A DNA stretch of 64,000 nucleotides from assembly GCF_016903815.1 (NCBI RefSeq), contig NZ_CP069973.1; one strand, written 5' to 3'. Source of the DNA: Escherichia coli. GTDB taxonomy: Bacteria; Pseudomonadota; Gammaproteobacteria; Enterobacterales; Enterobacteriaceae. The first letter of the stretch is position 1, and each line of letters opens with the position of its first letter. A program made the position numbers and the translations under genes. The notes under the pieces were generated by a model that saw only the letters and a list, made by a program, of their open reading frames with translations, was not told where the DNA came from and did not search any database. Shown in pieces: positions 20,649 through 33,073 of the stretch.

Positions 20649-22148
20649 ATGCTACATTTGTTTGCTGGCCTGGATTTGCATACCGGGCTGTTATTATTGC
20701 TTGCACTGGCTTTTGTGCTGTTCTACGAAGCCATCAATGGTTTCCATGACACAGCCAACGCCGTGGCAACCGTTATCTATACCCGCGCGATGCGTTCTCA
20801 GCTCGCCGTGGTTATGGCGGCGGTGTTCAACTTTTTGGGTGTTTTGCTGGGTGGTCTGAGTGTTGCCTATGCCATTGTGCATATGCTGCCGACGGATCTG
20901 CTGCTTAATATGGGATCGTCTCATGGCCTTGCCATGGTGTTCTCTATGTTGCTGGCGGCGATTATCTGGAACCTGGGTACCTGGTACTTTGGTTTACCTG
21001 CATCCAGCTCTCATACGCTGATTGGCGCGATCATCGGGATTGGTTTAACCAATGCGTTGATGACCGGGACGTCAGTGGTGGATGCACTCAATATCCCGAA
21101 AGTATTAAGTATTTTCGGTTCTCTGATCGTTTCCCCTATTGTCGGCCTGGTGTTTGCTGGCGGTCTGATTTTCTTGCTGCGTCGCTACTGGAGCGGCACC
21201 AAGAAACGCGCCCGTATCCACCTGACCCCAGCGGAGCGTGAAAAGAAAGACGGCAAGAAAAAGCCGCCGTTCTGGACGCGTATTGCGCTGATCCTTTCCG
21301 CTATCGGCGTGGCGTTTTCGCACGGCGCGAACGATGGTCAGAAAGGCATTGGTCTGGTTATGTTGGTATTGATTGGCGTCGCACCAGCAGGCTTCGTGGT
21401 GAACATGAATGCCACTGGCTACGAAATCACCCGTACCCGTGATGCCATCAACAACGTGGAAGCTTACTTTGAGCAGCACCCTGCGCTGCTGAAACAGGCT
21501 ACCGGTGCTGATCAGTTAGTACCGGCTCCGGAAGCTGGCGCAACGCAACCTGCGGAGTTCCATTGCCATCCGTCGAATACCATTAACGCGCTCAACCGCC
21601 TGAAAGGCATGTTGACTACCGATGTGGAAAGCTACGACAAGCTGTCGCTTGATCAACGTAGCCAGATGCGCCGCATTATGCTGTGCGTTTCTGACACTAT
21701 CGACAAAGTGGTGAAGATGCCTGGCGTGAGTGCTGACGATCAGCGCCTGTTGAAGAAACTGAAATCCGATATGCTTAGCACCATCGAGTATGCGCCGGTG
21801 TGGATCATCATGGCGGTCGCGCTGGCGTTAGGTATCGGTACGATGATTGGCTGGCGTCGTGTGGCAACGACTATCGGTGAGAAAATCGGTAAGAAAGGCA
21901 TGACCTACGCTCAGGGGATGTCTGCCCAGATGACTGCGGCAGTGTCTATCGGCCTGGCGAGTTATACCGGGATGCCGGTTTCCACTACCCACGTACTCTC
22001 CTCTTCTGTCGCGGGGACGATGGTGGTAGATGGCGGCGGCTTACAGCGTAAAACCGTGACCAGTATTCTGATGGCCTGGGTGTTTACCCTTCCGGCTGCG
22101 GTACTGCTTTCCGGCGGGCTTTACTGGCTCTCCTTGCAGTTCCTGTAA
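20649..22148 (+). CDS. pitA: Low-affinity inorganic phosphate transporter PitA
   Basis: 499-aa polytopic ORF with the PiT-family GANDVANA-like motifs ([19 protein letters not shown]). Confidence 0.95.
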
Positions 22149-22165
22149 TCGCACGCACCAAAACG

Positions 22166-22196
22166 AGCGGGTCAGTTTACTGGCCCGCTTTTTTTA
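22166..22196 (+). terminator. Putative intrinsic terminator after pitA
   Basis: agcgggtcag-ttta-ctggcccgct stem followed by a T-run. Confidence 0.5.
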
Positions 22197-22218
22197 TGCG
22201 TTATTTTTGCTGAAGTGC

Positions 22219-22554
22219 TTAATGCCAAATCATCAATGCAATCAGACTGACCACCACCAGACCACACAATGCGCTGGTCAGAATAAACTGCCGACGCACC
22301 CGCTCACAGCGGCGAATAAACTCATCATCGTGATGATCGCGATAACGTTGGGCATAGATATACCAAACGAGACGCACCTGTTTGTTGGGTTGGCCATGTG
22401 AGGTAAAAAAGCCCCCTCCATCAACATATTGATAGAGCAATGGATCGCAGTTACGCAGTACCACTAACAACGCGCGTAGTGATGAGAAATAGCGCGCCAT
22501 GTTAACAATGCAAACGACACATAAAGCCCAAAATAATGCGACGGTGCTTATCAT
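22219..22554 (-). CDS. uspB: Universal stress protein B
   Basis: 111-aa small membrane protein ORF, divergent from uspA as in E. coli. Confidence 0.9.
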
Positions 22555-22944
22555 ACCTCCTCCCCGGCGACCTGCCCGCGGAGTTCCACCCCGGGGCTAC
22601 CGCTCCCGATACGCTGCCAATCAGTTAACACCAGGTCCTGGAGAAACCGCTTTTGTGGTGACCAACATCCGAGCGGCTCTATAGATAGTGTAGGAGATCA
22701 GGTTGTTTTTTTTCCAGAAGGTTAACCACTATCAATATATTCATGTCGAAAATTTGTTTATCTAACGGGTAAGCAAGGCGGATTGACGGATCATCCGGGT
22801 CGCTATAAGGTAAGGATGGTCTTAACACTGAATCTTTACGGCTGGGTTAGCCCCGCGCACGTAGTTCGCAGGACGCGGGTGACGTAACGGCACAAGAAAC
22901 GCTAGCTGGCCAGTCATCGACAACTTTATGGAAGGAGTAACACT

Positions 22945-23379
22945 ATGGCTTATAAACACATTCTCATCGCGGTCGATCTCTCCCCGGAAAGCAAAGTTCT
23001 GGTAGAGAAAGCAGTCTCTATGGCTCGCCCCTACAATGCGAAAGTTTCTCTGATCCACGTAGATGTAAACTACTCTGACCTATACACCGGGCTTATTGAT
23101 GTGAATCTGGGTGATATGCAGAAACGCATCTCTGAAGAGACACATCATGCGCTGACCGAGCTTTCCACTAATGCAGGCTACCCAATCACTGAAACCCTGA
23201 GCGGCAGCGGCGATCTGGGCCAGGTTCTGGTCGATGCAATCAAGAAATACGATATGGATCTGGTGGTTTGTGGTCACCACCAGGACTTCTGGAGCAAACT
23301 GATGTCTTCCGCACGTCAGCTGATCAACACCGTTCACGTTGATATGCTGATTGTTCCGCTGCGCGACGAAGAAGAATAA
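22945..23379 (+). CDS. uspA: Universal stress protein A
   Basis: 144-aa [52 protein letters not shown]... recognisable as UspA. Confidence 0.95.
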
Positions 23380-23403
23380 TCTTCCCTCTACGACGTGTTC
23401 CTG

Positions 23404-23435
23404 AACGCCCGCATATGCGGGCGTTTTGCTTTTTG
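23404..23435 (+). terminator. Intrinsic terminator after uspA
   Basis: aacgcccgc-atat-gcgggcgtt stem followed by a T-rich run. Confidence 0.6.
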
Positions 23436-23694
23436 GCGCGCCTTGTTACCTTGCAGCGTAAACACCTTATCTGGCCTACGGTCTGCGTACGCAATCAAAA
23501 TCCCCTGCCAATACAACATTTAACACCATCATATTTTCCATCATTAGTGTGATCAGCTGGTTATTTTCTGTTGTAATAGTGTATTAATCTATTCACCGCA
23601 TCAATATTAAGAATCTCTGACAGATGAAAACTTTTTCGCGCGTTATCCCTTACGCGTTCATACTTTTCAGGATGGTATTGGAAGGTTAATAAAT

Positions 23695-25164
23695 ATGAAT
23701 ACAACAACACCCATGGGGATGCTGCAGCAACCTCGCCCATTTTTCATGATCTTTTTTGTCGAGTTATGGGAGCGATTCGGCTACTACGGCGTGCAGGGCG
23801 TACTGGCGGTTTTCTTCGTTAAGCAGCTTGGATTCTCGCAAGAACAGGCTTTTGTCACTTTTGGTGCTTTTGCTGCGCTGGTCTATGGCCTCATTTCCAT
23901 TGGCGGCTATGTCGGCGACCACCTGCTGGGGACCAAACGCACCATTGTTCTCGGAGCACTTGTGCTGGCGATTGGCTACTTCATGACCGGCCTGTCGCTA
24001 CTTAAGCCTGACCTGATTTTCATCGCCCTGGGGACTATCGCTGTCGGTAACGGCCTGTTTAAAGCTAACCCAGCCAGCTTGCTTTCGAAGTGCTATCCGC
24101 CGAAAGATCCGCGGCTTGATGGCGCATTTACCCTGTTCTATATGTCGATCAACATCGGCTCGTTGATAGCGTTATCGCTGGCCCCCGTGATCGCTGATAG
24201 ATTCGGTTATTCAGTCACCTACAACCTGTGCGGTGCGGGGTTAATTATCGCGCTATTGGTTTACATCGCCTGTCGCGGAATGGTGAAAGACATTGGTTCT
24301 GAACCCGACTTCCGGCCGATGAGCTTCAGCAAACTGTTGTACGTGTTACTTGGCAGCGTGGTGATGATCTTCGTCTGTGCATGGCTGATGCACAACGTAG
24401 AAGTCGCCAATCTGGTGCTGATTGTTCTCTCTATCGTCGTCACCATCATTTTCTTTCGTCAGGCATTCAAGCTGGATAAAACCGGGCGCAATAAAATGTT
24501 TGTCGCCTTTGTCCTGATGCTCGAAGCGGTGGTGTTTTACATTCTCTACGCCCAGATGCCAACGTCGCTGAACTTCTTTGCCATCAACAACGTGCATCAT
24601 GAAATTCTCGGCTTTTCCATCAACCCGGTCAGCTTCCAGGCACTTAACCCGTTCTGGGTGGTACTCGCCAGCCCAATACTGGCAGGCATTTACACGCATC
24701 TGGGTAACAAAGGCAAAGACCTCTCTATGCCGATGAAATTTACTCTCGGCATGTTTATGTGCTCACTGGGCTTTTTGACGGCTGCAGCTGCGGGAATGTG
24801 GTTTGCGGATGCCCAAGGACTGACATCGCCGTGGTTTATTGTGCTGGTTTACTTATTCCAGAGCCTGGGTGAATTGTTTATTAGCGCCCTGGGTCTGGCG
24901 ATGATTGCTGCCCTGGTGCCGCAGCATTTGATGGGCTTTATTCTCGGGATGTGGTTCCTGACGCAGGCTGCCGCGTTCTTGCTGGGCGGCTATGTGGCAA
25001 CATTTACCGCAGTACCAGACAACATTACCGATCCGCTTGAGACGTTGCCCGTCTATACCAACGTGTTTGGTAAGATTGGCCTGGTTACGCTGGGCGTTGC
25101 GGTGGTGATGCTGCTGATGGTGCCGTGGCTGAAACGAATGATTGCGACGCCCGAAAGCCATTAA
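23695..25164 (+). CDS. dtpB: Dipeptide/tripeptide:H+ symporter (POT family) DtpB
   Basis: 489-aa polytopic ORF with POT-family signatures ([16 protein letters not shown]). Confidence 0.9.
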   Translation: MNTTTPMGMLQQPRPFFMIFFVELWERFGYYGVQGVLAVFFVKQLGFSQEQAFVTFGAFAALVYGLISIGGYVGDHLLGTKRTIVLGALVLAIGYFMTGLSLLKPDLIFIALGTIAVGNGLFKANPASLLSKCYPPKDPRLDGAFTLFYMSINIGSLIALSLAPVIADRFGYSVTYNLCGAGLIIALLVYIACRGMVKDIGSEPDFRPMSFSKLLYVLLGSVVMIFVCAWLMHNVEVANLVLIVLSIVVTIIFFRQAFKLDKTGRNKMFVAFVLMLEAVVFYILYAQMPTSLNFFAINNVHHEILGFSINPVSFQALNPFWVVLASPILAGIYTHLGNKGKDLSMPMKFTLGMFMCSLGFLTAAAAGMWFADAQGLTSPWFIVLVYLFQSLGELFISALGLAMIAALVPQHLMGFILGMWFLTQAAAFLLGGYVATFTAVPDNITDPLETLPVYTNVFGKIGLVTLGVAVVMLLMVPWLKRMIATPESH

Positions 25165-25177
25165 TTATTCTTGCAGA

Positions 25178-25215
25178 AAGCAGGGTAGCGATAACGCTAC
25201 CCTGCTTTACTTTTA
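25178..25215. terminator. Hairpin terminator between convergent dtpB and rsmJ
   Basis: aaagcagggtagcg-ataa-cgctaccctgcttt perfect stem plus T-run. Confidence 0.6.
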
Positions 25216-25965
25216 CACCGGCGTTCCGGCATAAATATCAAAGCGATGCCCTTTGGTCACTACCGCGTTTGGCGTGGCGACATTCGCCAGCGGCGGCGCG
25301 TAGTCCGGGCGCTTTACCACCACGCGTTTGGTCGCCAGCAAGCGTGCAGGCTCTAGTAATCCATCGGCATCAAGATCCGGCCCCACCAGCGACTGAAAGA
25401 CACGCATCTCTTTTTTCACCAGCGCGCTTTTCTGCTTATGCGGGAACATCGGATCGAGATAGACCACCTGCGGGCGTGGGGTAATATCGGTCAGCGCCGT
25501 CAGGCTGGAGGCGTGAATTAACAGCAACCGCTCCTGCAACCAGCCGCCGATTTCCGCATCCGCATAACCACGCGCCAGGCCGTCGTCGAGCAATGCAGCA
25601 ACCACCGGATTACGCTCCAGCATCCGCACGCGGCAGCCGACTGAAGCCAGCACAAAGGCATCGCGCCCCAGCCCTGCGGTAGCATCGACGACATCCGGCA
25701 AATAATCGCCTTTAATGCCCACCGCTTTCGCCACCGCCTCACCGCGACCACCACCGAATTTGCGTCGGTGCGCCATCGCTCCGCCAACAAAATCAACGAA
25801 GATGCCGCCAAGTTTTGGCTCATCACGCTTGCGCAGTTCCAGATGCTCCGGCGTTAATACCAGCGCCATCAGGTTGTCTTCATCGTGCTCCAGCCCCCAG
25901 CGGGCCGCCAGAACAGATAAGGCACCGTCTCCGGTGCCTGTTTCATCAATTAAGCAGATTTTCAC
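25213..25965 (-). CDS. rsmJ: 16S rRNA m2G1516 methyltransferase RsmJ
   Basis: GTG start chosen to give 250 aa ([24 protein letters not shown]...). Confidence 0.85.
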   Translation of the reverse strand: MKICLIDETGTGDGALSVLAARWGLEHDEDNLMALVLTPEHLELRKRDEPKLGGIFVDFVGGAMAHRRKFGGGRGEAVAKAVGIKGDYLPDVVDATAGLGRDAFVLASVGCRVRMLERNPVVAALLDDGLARGYADAEIGGWLQERLLLIHASSLTALTDITPRPQVVYLDPMFPHKQKSALVKKEMRVFQSLVGPDLDADGLLEPARLLATKRVVVKRPDYAPPLANVATPNAVVTKGHRFDIYAGTPV

Positions 25966-25972
25966 TGAATGA

Positions 25973-28015
25973 TCAGCCCTTAATGCCGTAATGCTCCAGC
26001 ATCGCATCCAGCTGCGGTTCACGACCACGGAAGCGTTTGAACAGATCCATCGGCTCTTCTGAACCGCCACGGCTCAGAATGTTGTCGAGGAACGACTGTC
26101 CGGTTTCACGGTTGAAAATGCCCTCTTCCTCAAAGCGCGAGAAGGCATCTGCCGCCAGCACGTCGGCCCACAGGTAGCTGTAGTAACCTGCGGCATAACC
26201 ACCGGCGAAAATATGGCTGAAAGCGTGCGGGAAACGGCCCCAGGATGGAGACGGTACTACGGCAACCAGTTTCTTGATTTCTGCCAGAGTTTCGAGGATT
26301 TTCGCTCCCTGATCCGGGCGGAACTCGGCATGGAGGCGGAAATCAAACAGGCCGAACTCCAGCTGGCGCAGAATAAACAGCGCCGCCTGGTAGTTCTTAG
26401 CCGCCAGCATTTTATCCAGCAGCTCCTTCGGCAGCGGTTCGCCGGTTTCATAGTGACCGGAGATAAACGCCAGCGCCTCAGGCTCCCAGCACCAGTTTTC
26501 CATAAACTGGCTCGGCAGTTCGACCGCATCCCACGGCACCCCGCTGATACCAGATACACCAGCAGTTTCAATGCGGGTCAGCATATGGTGCAGGCCGTGA
26601 CCGAACTCGTGGAACAGGGTGATCACTTCGTCATGGGTAAACAGCGCCGGTTTACCATTTACCGGGCGGTTGAAGTTACAGGTCAGATACGCGACCGGTT
26701 TTTGCAGCGAACCGTCGGCTTTACGCATCTGGCCTACACAGTCATCCATCCACGCCCCGCCGCGCTTGTTTTCACGGGCATACAGGTCGAGGTAGAAGCT
26801 GCCGCGCAGTTCGTTGTTCTCGTCATACAGTTCGAAGAAACGTACATCCGGATGCCAGACATCAACATCTTTACGCTCTTTAGCGGTGATGCCGTAAATA
26901 CGTTTCACCACTTCAAACAAGCCGTTAACCGCTTTGTTTTCCGGGAAGTACGGACGCAGCTGTTCGTCACTGATGCTGTAGAGGTGCTGTTTTTGTTTTT
27001 CGCTGTAGTACGCGATATCCCACGGCTGCAACTCATCCACGCCAAATTCGGCTTTAGCGAAGGCACGCAGTTGCGCCAGCTCTTTTTCGCCTTGTGGACG
27101 CGCGCGTTTTGCCAGATCGGTTAAGAAATCCAGCACCTGCTGCGGGTTTTCTGCCATTTTAGTAGCAAGGGATTTAAAGGCGTAGTTTTCAAAGCCCAGC
27201 AGTTGCGCCAGTTCGTGACGCAGCGCGAGGATCTCTTCCATCACCTTGCTGTTGTCCCACTTACCGGCGTTCGGACCTTGATCGGAGGCGCGGGTGCTGT
27301 AAGCGCGATACATCTCTTCGCGCAGAGCCTGGTTGTCGCAGTAGGTCATTACCGGCAGGTAGCTTGGGATATCCAGCGTCAGCAGGTAGCCTTCAAGTTC
27401 TTTCGCTTCAGCCTGGGCTTTTGCCGCAGCCAGCGCGCTTTCTGGCATCCCCGCCAGCTCCGCTTCGTCGGTAACGAGTTTGGTCCAGCCCATTGTCGCA
27501 TCGAGGACGTTGTTGCTGTACTGGTTGCCCAGCTCGGAAAGACGAGTGGCAATCTCACCATAACGCTGCTGTTTCTCTTTCGGCAGACCGATGCCAGAGA
27601 GTTCAAAGTCGCGCAGTGCGTTATCAACCGCTTTCTTCTGCGCCGTGTTCAGCGTGGCGTAATGATCGCCATCGCGCAGGTCGCGATATGCTTTATACAG
27701 CCCTTCATGTTGTCCTACCCAGGTGCTGTATTCTGACAGCAGCGGCAGGGTTTGTTCGTACGCTTCACGCAGTTCCGGGCTATTTTTCACCGAGTTCAGG
27801 TGGCTGACCGGGGAGAAGATACGCCCCAGCACATCGTCCACTTCCGCCAACGGCTGGCAGAGATTTTCCCAGGTGTACGGTGCCCCTTGCGCTACTACGC
27901 GCTCCACATTTTCGCGGCAGTCGTTCAGCGCCTTAGTCACGGCTGGAACGACATGTTCCGGGAGAATTTTAGAAAACGGAGGCAATTCAAAGGGAGTCAG
28001 TAACGGATTCGTCAT
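25973..28015 (-). CDS. prlC: Oligopeptidase A
   Basis: 680 aa from [15 protein letters not shown]; zinc motif [11 protein letters not shown] (HExxH). Confidence 0.95.
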   Translation of the reverse strand: MTNPLLTPFELPPFSKILPEHVVPAVTKALNDCRENVERVVAQGAPYTWENLCQPLAEVDDVLGRIFSPVSHLNSVKNSPELREAYEQTLPLLSEYSTWVGQHEGLYKAYRDLRDGDHYATLNTAQKKAVDNALRDFELSGIGLPKEKQQRYGEIATRLSELGNQYSNNVLDATMGWTKLVTDEAELAGMPESALAAAKAQAEAKELEGYLLTLDIPSYLPVMTYCDNQALREEMYRAYSTRASDQGPNAGKWDNSKVMEEILALRHELAQLLGFENYAFKSLATKMAENPQQVLDFLTDLAKRARPQGEKELAQLRAFAKAEFGVDELQPWDIAYYSEKQKQHLYSISDEQLRPYFPENKAVNGLFEVVKRIYGITAKERKDVDVWHPDVRFFELYDENNELRGSFYLDLYARENKRGGAWMDDCVGQMRKADGSLQKPVAYLTCNFNRPVNGKPALFTHDEVITLFHEFGHGLHHMLTRIETAGVSGISGVPWDAVELPSQFMENWCWEPEALAFISGHYETGEPLPKELLDKMLAAKNYQAALFILRQLEFGLFDFRLHAEFRPDQGAKILETLAEIKKLVAVVPSPSWGRFPHAFSHIFAGGYAAGYYSYLWADVLAADAFSRFEEEGIFNRETGQSFLDNILSRGGSEEPMDLFKRFRGREPQLDAMLEHYGIKG

Positions 28016-28217
28016 TAGCGCAGTCCTGGTTAAAGAGGTTAAGGAAGCGCTCAACAGGCGCTTTACATAATGTTTGTAGCATGGGGTTAAGTGTAGTGAA
28101 TTTCAATGAGAAACGTTACGCTTTCGCGGCGGCGGCCTCTTTTCGGTATACTGTCCTGATAGGCTTTTGTGCGCCCCGAATACGGGCCGATTTTTACTTA
28201 CCGGAACACCTTTACCC

Positions 28218-29060
28218 ATGCTCAGTTATCGCCACAGCTTTCACGCTGGCAACCACGCCGACGTCCTTAAACATACCGTTCAGAGCCTGATCATCGAGTC
28301 GCTGAAAGAGAAAGATAAACCGTTTCTCTATCTCGATACCCACGCAGGGGCCGGGCGTTATCAGTTAGGCAGCGAACATGCCGAGCGTACCGGCGAATAT
28401 CTCGAAGGTATCGCCCGTATCTGGCAGCAGGACGATTTGCCTGCAGAGCTGGAGGCGTACATCAATGTGGTAAAACACTTCAACCGTAGCGGTCAGTTGC
28501 GTTACTACCCCGGTTCGCCGTTGATTGCTCGTCAGTTACTGCGTGAACAGGACAGCCTGCAACTGACCGAACTGCACCCGAGCGATTACCCGTTGCTACG
28601 TTCTGAATTTCAGAAAGACAATCGTGCGCGCGTCGAAAAAGCCGATGGTTTCCAGCAGCTTAAGGCCAAACTGCCGCCGGTTTCCCGCCGTGGTTTAATC
28701 CTTATCGACCCGCCGTATGAAATGAAAACCGACTATCAGGCGGTGGTCAGCGGGATAGCAGAAGGCTATAAACGTTTCGCCACTGGCACTTACGCACTGT
28801 GGTATCCAGTGGTGTTGCGCCAGCAAATTAAGCGCATGATCCACGACCTGGAAGCGACCGGCATTCGCAAAATTCTGCAAATTGAACTGGCGGTACTGCC
28901 AGACAGCGATCGCCGTGGCATGACCGCTTCCGGCATGATTGTGATTAACCCGCCGTGGAAGCTGGAACAGCAGATGAATAACGTGCTGCCGTGGCTGCAC
29001 AGCAAACTGGTTCCGGCAGGCACCGGGCACGCCACCGTAAGCTGGATCGTGCCGGAGTAA
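28218..29060 (+). CDS. rlmJ: 23S rRNA m6A2030 methyltransferase RlmJ
   Basis: 280 aa from MLSYRHSFHAGNHADVLKH. Confidence 0.9.
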   Translation: MLSYRHSFHAGNHADVLKHTVQSLIIESLKEKDKPFLYLDTHAGAGRYQLGSEHAERTGEYLEGIARIWQQDDLPAELEAYINVVKHFNRSGQLRYYPGSPLIARQLLREQDSLQLTELHPSDYPLLRSEFQKDNRARVEKADGFQQLKAKLPPVSRRGLILIDPPYEMKTDYQAVVSGIAEGYKRFATGTYALWYPVVLRQQIKRMIHDLEATGIRKILQIELAVLPDSDRRGMTASGMIVINPPWKLEQQMNNVLPWLHSKLVPAGTGHATVSWIVPE

Positions 29061-29131
29061 TTGCAGCCATTGCTGGCACCTATTACGTCTCGCGCTACAA
29101 TCGCGGTAATCAACGATAAGGACACTCTGTC

Positions 29132-30484
29132 ATGACTAAACACTATGATTACATCGCCATCGGCGGCGGCAGCGGCGGTATCGCCTCCATCAACCGCGCG
29201 GCTATGTACGGTCAGAAATGCGCGCTGATTGAAGCCAAAGAACTGGGCGGCACCTGCGTGAACGTCGGCTGCGTACCGAAGAAAGTGATGTGGCACGCGG
29301 CGCAAATCCGTGAAGCGATCCACATGTACGGTCCGGATTATGGTTTCGATACCACTATAAATAAATTCAACTGGGAAACGTTGATCGCCAGCCGTACCGC
29401 CTATATCGACCGTATTCATACTTCCTATGAAAACGTGCTCGGTAAAAATAACGTTGATGTAATCAAAGGCTTTGCCCGCTTCGTTGATGCCAAAACGCTG
29501 GAGGTAAACGGCGAAACCATCACGGCCGATCATATTCTGATCGCCACCGGCGGTCGTCCGAGCCACCCGGATATTCCAGGCGTGGAATACGGTATTGATT
29601 CTGATGGCTTCTTCGCCCTTCCTGCTTTGCCAGAGCGCGTGGCGGTTGTTGGCGCGGGTTACATCGCCGTTGAGCTGGCGGGCGTGATTAACGGCCTCGG
29701 CGCGAAAACGCATCTGTTTGTGCGTAAACATGCGCCGCTGCGCAGCTTCGACCCGATGATCTCTGAAACGCTGGTCGAAGTGATGAACGCCGAAGGCCCG
29801 CAGTTGCACACCAACGCCATCCCGAAAGCAGTAGTGAAAAATGCTGATGGTAGCCTGACGCTGGAGCTGGAAGATGGGCGCAGTGAAACGGTGGATTGCC
29901 TGATTTGGGCGATTGGTCGCGAGCCTGCCAATGACAACATCAACCTGGAAGCCGCTGGCGTTAAAACTAACGAAAAAGGCTATATCGTCGTCGATAAATA
30001 TCAAAATACCAACGTTGAAGGTATTTACGCGGTGGGCGATAACACGGGTGCAGTGGAACTGACACCGGTAGCAGTTGCAGCGGGTCGCCGTCTCTCTGAA
30101 CGCCTGTTTAATAACAAGCCGGATGAGCATCTCGATTACAGCAACATTCCGACCGTGGTCTTCAGCCATCCGCCGATTGGGACTGTTGGTTTAACGGAAC
30201 CGCAGGCGCGCGAGCAGTACGGCGACGATCAGGTGAAAGTGTATAAATCCTCTTTCACCGCGATGTATACCGCCGTCACCACTCACCGCCAGCCGTGCCG
30301 CATGAAACTGGTATGCGTTGGACCGGAAGAGAAGATTGTCGGAATTCACGGCATTGGTTTTGGTATGGATGAAATGTTGCAGGGCTTCGCGGTGGCGCTG
30401 AAGATGGGGGCGACCAAAAAAGACTTCGACAATACCGTCGCCATTCACCCGACGGCGGCAGAAGAGTTCGTGACCATGCGTTAA
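29132..30484 (+). CDS. gor: Glutathione reductase
   Basis: 450 aa; FAD-binding GGGSGG and redox-active disulfide motif [13 protein letters not shown]. Confidence 0.95.
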   Translation: MTKHYDYIAIGGGSGGIASINRAAMYGQKCALIEAKELGGTCVNVGCVPKKVMWHAAQIREAIHMYGPDYGFDTTINKFNWETLIASRTAYIDRIHTSYENVLGKNNVDVIKGFARFVDAKTLEVNGETITADHILIATGGRPSHPDIPGVEYGIDSDGFFALPALPERVAVVGAGYIAVELAGVINGLGAKTHLFVRKHAPLRSFDPMISETLVEVMNAEGPQLHTNAIPKAVVKNADGSLTLELEDGRSETVDCLIWAIGREPANDNINLEAAGVKTNEKGYIVVDKYQNTNVEGIYAVGDNTGAVELTPVAVAAGRRLSERLFNNKPDEHLDYSNIPTVVFSHPPIGTVGLTEPQAREQYGDDQVKVYKSSFTAMYTAVTTHRQPCRMKLVCVGPEEKIVGIHGIGFGMDEMLQGFAVALKMGATKKDFDNTVAIHPTAAEEFVTMR

Positions 30485-30490
30485 ATGTTA

Positions 30491-30521
30491 AAGGGCAAAG
30501 AGTGGTGTGCTCTTTGCCCTT
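30491..30521. terminator. Hairpin between convergent gor and dinQ
   Basis: aagggcaaagag-tggtgtg-ctctttgccctt perfect 12-bp stem; weak U-tract. Confidence 0.4.
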
Positions 30522-30537
30522 AGCTACGTTTCCGCTA

Positions 30538-30621
30538 TCAGTTCAGAAGCTGAAGCAGGAAGCGGATCAGTTCCAGCAGCGCAATTAACGCCCCAAGAAC
30601 GATGATTGCTTTATCAATCAC
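30538..30621 (-). CDS. dinQ: DinQ type I toxin peptide (27 aa, GTG start)
   Basis: Minus-strand translation GTG-IDKAIIVLGALIALLELIRFLLQLLN-TGA. Below the ORF-track length cutoff. Confidence 0.85.
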   Translation of the reverse strand: MIDKAIIVLGALIALLELIRFLLQLLN

Positions 30622-30812
30622 CCGTTTTCTCCATGCTATGGAGTGAGAATGCATCCGCTTACTCATCCACTGCCTGTCACGGCGCATGTCTCATTGTTAG
30701 ATAAGAACTCTCTCACTCCGGCCAGAGCATCAGTTAACGGCACCACCCGTACTTCTGACCAGGACTTTGAAAGCGTTTATGCGCATTACCAGAGTGAAAA
30801 TGCCTCAGAGCT

Positions 30813-30832
30813 AACTGGATAATCATACAGTA
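30813..30832 (-). promoter_or_regulatory. Candidate LexA box (SOS operator) for dinQ
   Basis: aaCTGgataatcataCAGta fits the CTG-N10-CAG palindrome; ~190 bp upstream of the dinQ ORF on its strand. Confidence 0.55.
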
Positions 30833-30895
30833 CATGCAGGTTATAAAACCAGCACGTCCTTGCAATAGTTTCAGTATGGTATTAGCATTGATGCG

Positions 30896-30977
30896 TTAGA
30901 TGATGGCATTCTCACTCCAACCAGAGCCACCAACTCAGGGCTGGAAAGTAAAAAACCGACGCGAAGTCGGTTTTTTT
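30896..30977 (+). ncRNA. agrA: AgrA small RNA (dinQ-related repeat), approximate ends
   Basis: Promoter-like TTGCAA-17-TAGCAT upstream; body ends in terminator aaaaaaccgacg-cgaa-gtcggttttttt. Near-duplicate of the agrB unit. Confidence 0.6.
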
Positions 30978-31129
30978 ACGTCCGGATTCGGACAAGGCTT
31001 GGTACGGCAGCGACCCGATGAAAGTATATAAATCCTCTTTCACCAACATGTATAGCAAACTGTCCCTTCTCCAGCTGAAGAAATCGCTAATTCTTGCAAT
31101 GTTAGCCACTGGCTAATAGTATTGAACTG

Positions 31130-31211
31130 TTAGATAAGAGCTCTCTCACTCCAGCCAGAGCCACCAACTCAGGGCTGGAAAGTAAAAAACCGACGCAAAG
31201 TCGGTTTTTTT
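31130..31211 (+). ncRNA. agrB: AgrB antisense small RNA (repressor of dinQ), approximate ends
   Basis: TTGCAA-17-TAGTAT promoter at 31094..31122. Body is near-identical to the 30694..30727 segment lying antisense within the dinQ transcript region. Terminator at 31185..31211. Confidence 0.65.
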
Positions 31212-31363
31212 ACGTCCTGATTCAGACCTCCTTTCAAATGAATAGCCAACTCAAAATTCACACCTATTACCTTCCTCTGCACATACACATTCGTTAAACC
31301 ATATATGTTTTTGACTTATCCGCTTCGAAGAGAGACACTACCTGCAACAATCAGGAGCGCAAT

Positions 31364-31717
31364 ATGTCATTTCTGTTACCCATCCAACTGTTCAAAATTC
31401 TTGCTGATGAAACCCGTCTGGGCATCGTTTTACTGCTCAGCGAGCTGGGAGAATTATGCGTCTGCGATCTCTGTACTGCCCTCGATCAGTCGCAGCCCAA
31501 GATATCCCGCCACCTGGCATTGCTGCGTGAAAGTGGGCTATTGCTGGATCGCAAGCAGGGTAAGTGGGTTCATTACCGCTTATCACCGCATATTCCATCA
31601 TGGGCCGCGAAAATTATTGAGCAGGCCTGGCGATGCGAACAGGAAAAGGTTCAGGTGATTGTCCGCAACCTGGCTCGACAAAATTGTTCCGAAGACAGTA
31701 AGAACATTTGTAGTTAA
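31364..31717 (+). CDS. arsR: Arsenical resistance operon repressor ArsR
   Basis: 117 aa; metal-binding ELCVCDLC motif in the HTH region. Confidence 0.95.
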   Translation: MSFLLPIQLFKILADETRLGIVLLLSELGELCVCDLCTALDQSQPKISRHLALLRESGLLLDRKQGKWVHYRLSPHIPSWAAKIIEQAWRCEQEKVQVIVRNLARQNCSEDSKNICS

Positions 31718-31771
31718 AAAATTTATCTAAACACATATGGATTTGCACATGTGTTTTTTCCGGGAGGCATT

Positions 31772-33061
31772 ATGTTACTGGCAGGCGCTATCTTTGTCCT
31801 GACCATCGTATTGGTTATCTGGCAGCCGAAAGGTTTAGGCATCGGCTGGAGTGCAACACTCGGCGCAGTACTGGCGTTAGTTACGGGCGTGGTACATCCG
31901 GGTGATATTCCGGTGGTGTGGAATATCGTCTGGAACGCGACGGCTGCGTTTATTGCCGTTATTATCATCAGCCTGCTGCTGGATGAGTCCGGCTTTTTTG
32001 AATGGGCAGCGCTGCACGTCTCACGCTGGGGCAATGGACGCGGTCGCTTGCTGTTTACCTGGATTGTCCTGCTCGGTGCTGCCGTTGCAGCTCTGTTTGC
32101 CAATGATGGCGCGGCGCTTATTTTGACACCGATTGTCATCGCCATGCTGCTGGCTTTAGGGTTCAGTAAAGGCACGACGCTTGCGTTCGTGATGGCGGCC
32201 GGGTTCATTGCCGATACCGCCAGCCTGCCGCTTATTGTCTCCAACCTGGTGAATATCGTTTCCGCAGATTTCTTTGGCCTCGGCTTTCGCGAATATGCCT
32301 CGGTGATGGTGCCGGTGGATATCGCCGCGATTGTTGCCACGCTGGTGATGTTGCATCTCTATTTCCGCAAAGATATTCCGCAGAACTACGACATGGCGCT
32401 GCTGAAATCTCCCGCAGAAGCGATTAAAGATCCTGCTACGTTCAAAACTGGCTGGGTTGTTTTACTGCTTCTGCTGGTGGGATTTTTCGTTCTGGAACCG
32501 CTCGGCATTCCGGTCAGCGCCATTGCGGCAGTGGGCGCGCTGATATTATTTGCCGTCGCTAAACGCGGTCATGCAATTAATACGGGTAAGGTGCTACGCG
32601 GTGCGCCCTGGCAGATTGTCATCTTCTCGCTCGGCATGTATCTGGTGGTTTATGGCCTGCGCAATGCCGGACTAACGGAATATCTTTCTGGCGTACTCAA
32701 CGTGCTGGCGGAAAACGGCCTGTGGGCCGCGACGCTCGGCACCGGATTCCTCACCGCCTTCCTCTCTTCTATTATGAACAATATGCCGACGGTACTGGTT
32801 GGCGCGTTGTCCATTGATGGCAGCACGGCATCTGGCGTTATCAAAGAAGCGATGGTTTATGCCAACGTGATTGGCTGCGATTTGGGGCCGAAAATTACCC
32901 CAATTGGTAGCCTGGCTACGCTACTCTGGCTGCACGTTCTTTCGCAGAAGAATATGACTATCAGCTGGGGATATTACTTCCGTACAGGGATTATCATGAC
33001 CCTGCCGGTGCTTTTTGTGACGCTGGCTGCGCTGGCGCTACGTCTCTCTTTCACTTTGTAA
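31772..33061 (+). CDS. arsB: Arsenite/antimonite efflux pump ArsB
   Basis: 429 aa from [10 protein letters not shown] after GGGAGG RBS. Confidence 0.95.
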   Translation: MLLAGAIFVLTIVLVIWQPKGLGIGWSATLGAVLALVTGVVHPGDIPVVWNIVWNATAAFIAVIIISLLLDESGFFEWAALHVSRWGNGRGRLLFTWIVLLGAAVAALFANDGAALILTPIVIAMLLALGFSKGTTLAFVMAAGFIADTASLPLIVSNLVNIVSADFFGLGFREYASVMVPVDIAAIVATLVMLHLYFRKDIPQNYDMALLKSPAEAIKDPATFKTGWVVLLLLLVGFFVLEPLGIPVSAIAAVGALILFAVAKRGHAINTGKVLRGAPWQIVIFSLGMYLVVYGLRNAGLTEYLSGVLNVLAENGLWAATLGTGFLTAFLSSIMNNMPTVLVGALSIDGSTASGVIKEAMVYANVIGCDLGPKITPIGSLATLLWLHVLSQKNMTISWGYYFRTGIIMTLPVLFVTLAALALRLSFTL

Positions 33062-33073
33062 TGAGATATTGAT

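Noticed and set aside
20537-20749. 70-aa ORF in the pitA leader, and small ORFs at 22207..22401, 22499..22684, 35137..35388
   Set aside because: No RBS, overlap known promoters/leaders or uspB on the opposite strand, and low-complexity translations.
26213-30169. Long antisense ORFs within prlC (26213..27124, 27203..27736), rlmJ/gor (28790..30169) and gadA (58306..59769 extension, 58984..59559)
   Set aside because: Opposite strand of well-recognised housekeeping genes with catalytic motifs; no independent start signals.
30690-31220. Three spaced copies of a ~35-nt repeat considered as a possible CRISPR-like array
   Set aside because: Only three copies, on mixed strands with promoter and terminator signatures, and no cas genes; they match the dinQ/agrA/agrB arrangement.
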